64,000 bases of DNA from a virus. The notes under the pieces were generated by a model, which worked only from the letters and a program-made list of their open reading frames with translations, searched no databases and had not been told where the DNA came from. Positions 57,246 through 64,000 of this stretch are shown one piece after another. A program made the position numbers and the translations under genes. The stretch covers positions 2,287 to 66,286 of IMG/VR virus record IMGVR_UViG_3300048136_000205; one strand, given 5' to 3'. Position 1 is the stretch's first letter; each line of letters opens with the position of its first letter.

Positions 57246-57560
57246 ATGCCTAAAATCGTTAAGTTAAATTATACCAAGAAGGTGCGTTACATCTTCGACA
57301 AGGAGACTGAGGAGAACTTTCAGTTAGGTGAGAAGGTGACCAATCACTTCGGGTCGTTCATTAACAACTCGTGGGAGATGTTGGACGTAAAGAGATTCCA
57401 CAAAACACTTCGTGAGTGTGGACTATCAGTTGAGGAGTTCTTATCCAAGGAGTGGGCACCACCTAAGAGGAAAGCACCTGTCAAAAGAAAGACACCAGTG
57501 AAAAAGAAAGTGACTGCCAAGAAGACTCCGGTTAAGAAAACGGTAAGGAAGAAGAAATAA
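57246..57560 (+). CDS. Protein with histone H1-like Lys-rich tail
   Basis: KRKAPVKRKTPVKKKVTAKKTPVKK repeats. Confidence 0.75.
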   Translation: MPKIVKLNYTKKVRYIFDKETEENFQLGEKVTNHFGSFINNSWEMLDVKRFHKTLRECGLSVEEFLSKEWAPPKRKAPVKRKTPVKKKVTAKKTPVKKTVRKKK

Positions 57561-58162
57561 TGCGGACTGCTTATCGCAGAGCAGTGAATGCGGGTCTGAC
57601 CCCAAGTCAGGCCCACAAGTACTCCGACTACTACCGTCGAAAGACAGTTCTACCGAAACGGGATAGTGAGAAAGGAAAGACCTACAATGCAGAATGGAAA
57701 CTTGAAAACGAACACCCCGAGTTGATCGGTCCACTCAAAGAATTCAAAGACGTAGAGAAGTTTGTAAAACAAGTAACCGCATCCAAGACGTGGGAGAAGG
57801 TATCTCGATATCATGGAAAGGTGCGAGTTGTCCAGTCACGCAATATGGGCAGTCGTGCCGCATACATGGGCAAGTCACATGGATCATGGATCGAGGTCTC
57901 ACCAGCATTCGATTTTAACAAGTACATCGTCCTACACGAACTGGCACACAGTGCAGGGCACAGTCACCATCACGTGACCTTTCGACAGACTCTATTGAAG
58001 TTGGTGTCGAGGTTCCTTGGTCGTGAGACGGCGTCGATACTTAAAGCAAACTTTAAAGAGCAGGGTCTGCGAGTGACCCCGTCGAAACCTAAAGATCCGG
58101 TAGCATGGTTGAGGTCAGTTAAACGTGCTCCTATAAAAAGTAACTTACATATAACAAAATAA
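57560..58162 (+). CDS. HExxH (SprT-like) metallohydrolase
   Basis: YNAE, VLHELAH...HH..F. Confidence 0.75.
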   Translation: MRTAYRRAVNAGLTPSQAHKYSDYYRRKTVLPKRDSEKGKTYNAEWKLENEHPELIGPLKEFKDVEKFVKQVTASKTWEKVSRYHGKVRVVQSRNMGSRAAYMGKSHGSWIEVSPAFDFNKYIVLHELAHSAGHSHHHVTFRQTLLKLVSRFLGRETASILKANFKEQGLRVTPSKPKDPVAWLRSVKRAPIKSNLHITK

Positions 58163-58458
58163 TCTAAGAAAACTCTTGCGTTTATTTGCAGATCAGGTAT
58201 AATAGGAGTCTATTTTGGTTGAGGAGTTAGAGATATGGAGAAGTTTGGATGACGTTGCAAGGATACATCGACGCGTCTTATGAACGATTGGTCGATCGAC
58301 TGGGAGAACCCAACATCTTTTATGAGTGGACTTTCGAAGGATACGACATATACGGTGAAGAGTTTGATATCACTATCGTCGGACAACACAAGGACACTGT
58401 GATGTGGCATGTTGTTGCGAAAGACCCCTGTGCTATGCAGATTGTTGAACAGAAGATT

Positions 58459-58522
58459 TGTGACTAATTACCAAAAAAAAGTCATATAAAAGTGTTGACA
58501 ATATCCCAGAATTTGATATAAT
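58459..58522 (+). promoter_or_regulatory. Early promoter cassette
   Basis: TGTGACTAATTACCA box, A8, TTGACA-N16-TATAAT. Confidence 0.8.
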
Positions 58523-58554
58523 ACCTGTGTAAATTGAGTTGGGAGAGATTGATT

Positions 58555-59103
58555 ATGATGACATTGATTGAAAAGTACAAAGCACGTGGTCTTGAGTTGA
58601 ACATCGACGAAGAGAAGATCACTGCAGTGTGTCAACGACCTAGCAAACGTGCACGTCTGGGTTACAAGACTGAGTTTGCTTATCGTTACGGTAGTGTTGC
58701 TCGCATGATCGAGCACGTCGAGCAGTTCCTTGTGGATTGTGAACGTGCTGATAAGATCAAGGAAGAACGCAAAATTGCCCGTGCTGTTGCCAAGGCAGCT
58801 GCCCTTGAGAGTGTCAAAGCAGGTGACATCTACGTTGCGTCTTGGGGTTGGGAACAGACCAACATTGATGCCTATCAGGTTGTTGCTAAGAAGGGTGCGA
58901 CTGTCACTCTGCGTGAGATTGCGGTTGCCTCTGTTGAGGGTTCTGAGGGTTTCATGAGTGACCGTGTTGTTCCCGTCAAAGATGAGTTCATTGGTGGTGA
59001 GTTCAAGAAGAGAATCACTGGTAAGTACATCAACATTGACGATGTGCGAATGGCAAGTCCTGCCGAAGAAGGTAAGGATTTCTACCGAAGTTGGTACGCA
59101 TAA
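58555..59103 (+). CDS. Early hypothetical protein
   Basis: GDIYVASWGWEQTNIDAYQV. Confidence 0.75.
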   Translation: MMTLIEKYKARGLELNIDEEKITAVCQRPSKRARLGYKTEFAYRYGSVARMIEHVEQFLVDCERADKIKEERKIARAVAKAAALESVKAGDIYVASWGWEQTNIDAYQVVAKKGATVTLREIAVASVEGSEGFMSDRVVPVKDEFIGGEFKKRITGKYINIDDVRMASPAEEGKDFYRSWYA

Positions 59104-59263
59104 TGAATTTCCGTCATTGGTGTAATGAGAAGTGGTTCCAACACTGCGAAGAGATTGAGGGTCTCACAGGTCGGAACCCTATGTACGACTCGAAAGAATA
59201 TTTTGGAATGTATAAGTGGTGGTTGAAAAGAGAGTACCGTCACGAAATGAAAGGAGAGAAGTA

Positions 59264-59712
59264 ATGTTTACAGCAAAACCTAAGTTGAACAACCGACTCG
59301 ACACTAAGGAGTTTGAGTGCGTCAAGGAGGCAGTTACCTACCTCAACAAGTACAACCGTCTTGGTAAGTACATGGAGTTTACTGAGGAGTCTTCGGACAC
59401 CTATGCTCCAGAACTGAAAGCAGAAGACTGGTGGTTACTTGGTAAGTTGACTGGACCCCAAGGTGTCGAGTTTAAAGATAACAAGGTAGTTGAGGTTAAG
59501 TAATGACTGAATGGTATGCTCGTGGTGAAGTTGGTGAGTATCTTCGAGATCTCTTCGATTCGTTGATCGACGATATGATCTCGCCTGAGATCGTGGTTGA
59601 ATGTATGGAATCTCTGGGTATGAGTGAGTCGGAGATTCGTGACGCAATCGAGGGGGAGATTGATTCTCTGCAAGGATTCGATGAAGTCATTCCAGACGTA
59701 ACGATTCATTAA
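59264..59712 (+). other. Two small early hypothetical ORFs (59264-59503, 59503-59712)
   Basis: TAATG-coupled, AGGAG/GAGG RBS. Confidence 0.6.
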
Positions 59713-59721
59713 GGGACATGT

Positions 59722-60204
59722 ATGATTGCTGAAAACGTTATCATCGAAGATTCTCCTAGTTTCGAGATCTCAGACTATGTATTTCGTTGTGCGGAGTCAC
59801 TTGGGATCGGTCGTTTGGGTGGATACATTAAGGTCTCATTTGCCGATGACATCGGTGTCTTTTCGGGTGAGGCAGATGGGACAGAGGATCGTGTCGATGT
59901 CCGGTTGCGAACTAACGATGTCGACGATACTCAACTAAAGGTACATATCGCACATGAACTAATTCACGCAGTTCAGATTCTTACGGGTCGACTGCTTCAC
60001 ATCGGACTAACTTGGTGTGACCAAAGACACAGTATTGTTTATAAGCATATCTTCGATGGAGTCGAGTACGTCAATGTCGGATATGCTGATCAACCTTGGG
60101 AAGAGGAGGCATATCGTTATGAAGAAGAAATCTACCAGACGATCGAATCCGGTGGCAAAGAATGCTCCGAAGTTCAATCGGCCATCTACCCACATCGATC
60201 GTAA
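59722..60204 (+). CDS. HExxH metallopeptidase-like protein (paralog of 53574-53975)
   Basis: IAHELIHAVQ ... YADQPWEEEAY. Confidence 0.78.
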   Translation: MIAENVIIEDSPSFEISDYVFRCAESLGIGRLGGYIKVSFADDIGVFSGEADGTEDRVDVRLRTNDVDDTQLKVHIAHELIHAVQILTGRLLHIGLTWCDQRHSIVYKHIFDGVEYVNVGYADQPWEEEAYRYEEEIYQTIESGGKECSEVQSAIYPHRS

Positions 60205-60265
60205 AAAAGAAGTTAAGAAACGTGGTTACCCAGAGGATAGGTTATATCCAAATAATGGGTTTTAA
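60119..60265 (+). CDS. Small basic protein
   Basis: NPVAKNAPKFNRPSTHIDRKK. Confidence 0.6.
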   Translation: MKKKSTRRSNPVAKNAPKFNRPSTHIDRKKEVKKRGYPEDRLYPNNGF

Positions 60266-60300
60266 GCACTTGACAAGCATATACATAGTGAGGTATAATT

Positions 60301-60522
60301 ATGGCAATCTCGAAAGAGGAACGTTACGCAATGATTCGTAAGGCTGCCCTTAAGATTCAGAAACGTGGCAAAATCGCACGTGCTAATATGGCACTTGCAA
60401 AAGAAGTTGAGACTTTAGATCGTCAAGATTATAAGTCTAACATTAGTTGGTCTGATACTGATCGTTTTATTGAAAGTCATGTGTCAGACTTGGTTACTAC
60501 AAACTCAGAGGAATGGAATTAA
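60301..60522 (+). CDS. Hypothetical protein
   Basis: GAGG RBS; overlapping TTGACA-N18-TATAAT at 60270. Confidence 0.65.
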   Translation: MAISKEERYAMIRKAALKIQKRGKIARANMALAKEVETLDRQDYKSNISWSDTDRFIESHVSDLVTTNSEEWN

Positions 60523-60821
60523 TGGCAATCCCACAACCTGAAAATCTGATCGATCTAGGTCAGTACTCACGTGATGATGTAGAACTCATCACTCGTGAAT
60601 ATATGCGGTGTGCTTACCTTGACACACTTGATTTATTTGTTAAGGAGCACGGTGAAAAACCCGAAGACGACGAAACTCGAAAAGCAGTCATTCGTACTCT
60701 AGAAGCATTCGAGCATACAATTGCTATTCTCGATCAGAGTGAAGACTTTCTTGAATACGTCCATCAAGATGTAGACCCTGAAGAGTCTGCTGAAGAGGAC
60801 GAAGATTTCGATCGATTCTAA
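60522..60821 (+). CDS. Acidic hypothetical protein
   Basis: TAATG-coupled ORF. Confidence 0.7.
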   Translation: MAIPQPENLIDLGQYSRDDVELITREYMRCAYLDTLDLFVKEHGEKPEDDETRKAVIRTLEAFEHTIAILDQSEDFLEYVHQDVDPEESAEEDEDFDRF

Positions 60822-60832
60822 GGGGGTCTACT

Positions 60833-61099
60833 ATGACGTTTTTTGATTATGATAAAATCGTAGACCAACTACGCAAGAATGTTCTCGAAGTTACTTTCAC
60901 AAAGGTGAACGGTGAGGAACGCATCATGGCGTGCACACTACTTACTGAACATATGCCTGAACTCTCTGGAGATAAGGTATCTCGTGTGGAAGTAAACTCT
61001 GCTAATCGATCTGTCGTTCGAGCATATTCGATTGATTCACAGGATTGGAGATCCTTCCGTGTGGACAGTGTCTCCAACGTTGAGGTAATCAATGGATGA
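60833..61099 (+). CDS. WYL_2/SH3 beta-barrel protein
   Basis: VTFTKVNGEERIMACTL ... WRSFRVD. Confidence 0.85.
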   Translation: MTFFDYDKIVDQLRKNVLEVTFTKVNGEERIMACTLLTEHMPELSGDKVSRVEVNSANRSVVRAYSIDSQDWRSFRVDSVSNVEVING

Positions 61100-61328
61100 T
61101 AGCACAGAGGAAAAATTTCTAACAAAAAAGTCTTTTTCTCAGATGATTGAATCTTTCGTGTATCAAAACAAAATGTCCTATATGGACAGCATTGTTCACC
61201 TATGCGAGAAAAATGGTCTGGAATTGGAGGATATCAAAAAATATCTGACACCGACCATTGTCGAACATCTGGAGAACGAGGCACGTCAACTGAACTTTCT
61301 GCCAAAACAGAATCAGTTAGACGTATAA
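61092..61328 (+). CDS. gp33: Late promoter transcription coactivator
   Basis: FSQMIE, YMDSIVHLCE, EARQLNFL; position upstream of gp32. Confidence 0.88.
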   Translation: MDDSTEEKFLTKKSFSQMIESFVYQNKMSYMDSIVHLCEKNGLELEDIKKYLTPTIVEHLENEARQLNFLPKQNQLDV

Positions 61329-61392
61329 ATACATATGCCCTAGAGGCGATTCATATTTTAGTTTATATTTAAGTTTATACAAGGTACATATT
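61324..61392 (+). promoter_or_regulatory. Late promoter and AT-rich gp32 autogenous operator-like leader
   Basis: TATAAATA; small GCC/GGC hairpin; repeated TATTT(T/A)AGTTTA tract before ATG. Confidence 0.65.
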
Positions 61393-62343
61393 ATGTCTTT
61401 TGCAAATCTAAAGTCCAAATCTATGGACATCTCAAAATTGGTCAGTGCCGCAACCGAGGCATCTGGTCAAGTCTCTAACACCAACAAATACCAAGACGAC
61501 CGAAAGTGGAAACCGACTGTTGATGAGCAGGGTAACGGTTACGCTGTGATTCGTTTCTTACCAGCAACTGAAGGTCAAGATCTTCCGTGGGTACGTTACT
61601 GGGATCACGCATTCAAGGGTCCAACTGGTCAGTGGTATATCGAACGATCTCTTACAACTTTAGGTCAGAATGATCCAGTCGGTGAGTTAAACTCACGTCT
61701 GTGGAACTCAGGCATTGAAGAGGACAAAGAGACAGCACGTCGACAGAAGCGTCGTCTGCACTACGTCACTAACATTCAAGTCATCAACGATCCTGCCAAT
61801 CCTGCCAACAACGGCAAGGTATTCATTTACGAGTTCGGCAAGAAGATCTTCGACAAGATCATGGATCAGATGCAACCAGAATTCCCAGGCGAAGAACCTG
61901 TCAACCCATTTGATTTTTGGGGTGGAGCAGATTTCGAGTTAAAGATCCGCAACGTTGCTGGATATCGTAACTACGATAAGTCTGACTTCAAGTCAACTTC
62001 TCCTCTTGCTGGTGCCGATGAGACACAACTTGAAGCAATCTACAATACTCTTTACGACCTGAATGAGTTTGTGGTACCTAATTATCCGAATGCACACGAC
62101 CCTAACTGGTTTAAGTCTTACGATGATCTTAAGGCAAAACTGGAGACTGTACTGGGTCTTGCTACTGGTGCTGGTGCAACGTTGAAGAACGAAGCACTTG
62201 CCCAAACTGCAGAGGTGGCACCTTTCGCAACTGCAGATGAACCGACTGTTGTCTCCGCACCTGCTGCGGCACCAACTCCTGCGGTTGCCGCAGAAGAAGA
62301 CGACACCCTTTCTTATTTTGCTCAGATGGCTGCGGAGGACTAA
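61393..62343 (+). CDS. gp32: Single-stranded DNA-binding protein
   Basis: DDRKWKP, GNGYAVIRFLP, HAFKGPTGQWYIE, GKKIFDKI, YRNYDKS; acidic tail. Confidence 0.97.
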   Translation: MSFANLKSKSMDISKLVSAATEASGQVSNTNKYQDDRKWKPTVDEQGNGYAVIRFLPATEGQDLPWVRYWDHAFKGPTGQWYIERSLTTLGQNDPVGELNSRLWNSGIEEDKETARRQKRRLHYVTNIQVINDPANPANNGKVFIYEFGKKIFDKIMDQMQPEFPGEEPVNPFDFWGGADFELKIRNVAGYRNYDKSDFKSTSPLAGADETQLEAIYNTLYDLNEFVVPNYPNAHDPNWFKSYDDLKAKLETVLGLATGAGATLKNEALAQTAEVAPFATADEPTVVSAPAAAPTPAVAAEEDDTLSYFAQMAAED

Positions 62344-62346
62344 TCA

Positions 62347-62592
62347 ATGGACACTAACATGATTATTCTGATTCTTGCGGGTCTGGTTGCCCTTGGTCTG
62401 ATCTACCGATCAGTGTCAAGTAAACCAGAAAAGACTACGGGTGGTGGTAGACCTACCAACCCAAGTCAACCAGACTTGGTCAACTTGTCTAAGGCACAGT
62501 TGATTGATACTGCTGAGACTAAGGGCATTGTTGTCCGTAAGTCTTGGAGTAAGTCAAGAATCATGACTGAAATTGAAACACACTTGAAGTAA
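62347..62592 (+). CDS. Membrane-anchored protein with Rho-N/HeH-like tail
   Basis: N-terminal TM; LSKAQL...KGI...K..I. Confidence 0.65.
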   Translation: MDTNMIILILAGLVALGLIYRSVSSKPEKTTGGGRPTNPSQPDLVNLSKAQLIDTAETKGIVVRKSWSKSRIMTEIETHLK

Positions 62593-62624
62593 AAAATAAG
62601 GGGACATCGAGTCCCCTTTTTCTT
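62591..62624. terminator. Bidirectional terminator
   Basis: A-tract, AAGGGGAC-ATCGA-GTCCCCTT, T tract; between convergent genes. Confidence 0.85.
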
Positions 62625-64000
62625 ATATGTGACTTGTTGCTGGGTCGTGTGCGTCTGTTGCAGACGACGTTCCCAGTGACGGAGATCCACCACCCCCACC
62701 ACCTGCGACAGTATTGTTTTGAGAGTTGTCCATGATGGTGACGTTACCAGCAGTTCTTTTTAATTCATCTGACTCTTGAGTTGCACTGTTCAGTTCTTCT
62801 GCTCGTGCCGACTTACGTGCTTCAATAGCACCCTTGATATCCGCATCAATACCGAATGCCTTATCGAGTTTGCTTTCCATCCCTTTAAGGCCATCTGCAA
62901 CTTTAGCACTTAAAAAAGATGGAAGATATTCTTCTGCCGCAGAAGCAATTCCTCTCAATATTGCTCGTGGGATCGCCGTTACTACAGAGATAAATTTCTG
63001 AAGCACAAATCCTATCATCTTTCCGAAATTTAATTTACCACCCTCATCTTTAAATGCGTCGAAAAATCCAGCAATTGTATCGGAGATGGTGTCAGATAAC
63101 TTCTGATATAATGCACTGAAACTGAAAGAGTCCAAGGATTCTGCGATCCCTTCAAATCCTAATTTGCCAGCAATCCAAGAAAATGCACCTTTGATCATGT
63201 CAAGTAGATCAGTGACAAAGAACTTTACAAGATCATCTATGATCTCTTTTATGGTACCAAATCCGAAGTCACCACTCATCAAATCACCGATAATATTTTT
63301 TCCTATGATGACAATAGCAGACAGTGGTGCAAATATTTTTCCTATGATTTTAAAGACAGCACCGAAAGTTGAGGCAAATGATTTCGCAAATCCACCAAAC
63401 TTCTGAAACGGTTGAATGATGCCACTTAACATCCCCTTTCCTTTACCAAGAGTCTGTCCAAGAGTTTGAAACGGTGCCGCAAGTGATTTAAAACCATCCT
63501 TAACACGAGTGACTGCTTGTCCAAGTTTACTCTCTACTATAACACTTTTGATTGTATTACCTATCATACCGGCAGTGGATCTAACAGTAGCAACAAATGC
63601 AGTGAACGCATCCTTTGCTCTTTTGCCCATGTCAATAGCAAAGGTCTTAATGCTGGTTGCGAAATCCTTAATCACTTTAGGACTCATCGATTTCAAAAGT
63701 CTACCAATAGCACCTGCCATCATACGAAGAGGTTTTGTGATACCTACAGCCGCACCTGCTAATCCCCCTAATAAAACCGCAAGAGTTGCGGCAGGGCCAA
63801 TTAAAACACCTAACGGACTACCCCTTCCTGTGGGGGTATTGTCACTTGGATCATTATCATTATTGCCACCACCACTTCGGTCACGGATCTGTGTTAGTAA
63901 CTCAATAACCTTAGATTTATGTGAAGCATCATCTCTTGCTGTTTCAAGGTCGTCAGGATTTGTTGGTGGGGAGGTGATTGCTCTTAGCATGCTCTTGGTA
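62623..64000 (-). CDS. Tape-measure/baseplate-hub-like structural protein, 5'-truncated
   Basis: Gly/Ala/Phe-rich amphipathic helices; C-terminal DNSQNN..GGGG motif; location next to gp32. Confidence 0.6.
   Translation of the reverse strand, partial: TKSMLRAITSPPTNPDDLETARDDASHKSKVIELLTQIRDRSGGGNNDNDPSDNTPTGRGSPLGVLIGPAATLAVLLGGLAGAAVGITKPLRMMAGAIGRLLKSMSPKVIKDFATSIKTFAIDMGKRAKDAFTAFVATVRSTAGMIGNTIKSVIVESKLGQAVTRVKDGFKSLAAPFQTLGQTLGKGKGMLSGIIQPFQKFGGFAKSFASTFGAVFKIIGKIFAPLSAIVIIGKNIIGDLMSGDFGFGTIKEIIDDLVKFFVTDLLDMIKGAFSWIAGKLGFEGIAESLDSFSFSALYQKLSDTISDTIAGFFDAFKDEGGKLNFGKMIGFVLQKFISVVTAIPRAILRGIASAAEEYLPSFLSAKVADGLKGMESKLDKAFGIDADIKGAIEARKSARAEELNSATQESDELKRTAGNVTIMDNSQNNTVAGGGGGGSPSLGTSSATDAHDPATSHI

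Noticed and set aside
1-64000. Apparent preference for GCGGCA/GCCGCA at Ala-Ala, hinting at GCWGC restriction-site avoidance
   Set aside because: GCWGC sites do occur and I cannot quantify depletion by eye; it needs observed/expected k-mer counts under a codon-aware model.

Overview
This window is a segment of a large T4-like (Tevenvirinae/Kyanoviridae-type architecture) myophage genome, probably infecting an aquatic proteobacterium (inference). Evidence: gp43 polymerase, gp32, gp33, class Ia nrdA/nrdB, a denA-like GIY-YIG nuclease, T4 late promoters (TATAAATA), sigma70-like early promoters and seven tRNAs. Left third: tRNAs interleaved with host-like metabolic genes (isocitrate lyase, peroxiredoxin, di-heme cytochrome c peroxidase lipoprotein, PsiE) and several unannotated structured RNAs. 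Centre (about 12.3 kb and 16.6-28.7 kb): a late-expressed cluster of about 10 proteins whose N-termini resemble the T4 capsid-targeting sequence (MKTYQEFIAE). It includes a ligase-like KxDG protein, an HxGH nucleotidyltransferase, a P-loop kinase, a PD-(D/E)XK-like nuclease next to a DNA methyltransferase, and an apparent protease-processed polyprotein. This predicted virion-packaged, injected enzyme payload is the best candidate for an undescribed system. It is followed by nucleotide metabolism genes (NrdA-glutaredoxin fusion, APRT, MTA/SAH nucleosidase), two early-gene islands with repeated promoter cassettes, and a late glycosylation/modification locus. All calls are by eye from motifs; no searches or folding programs were run.
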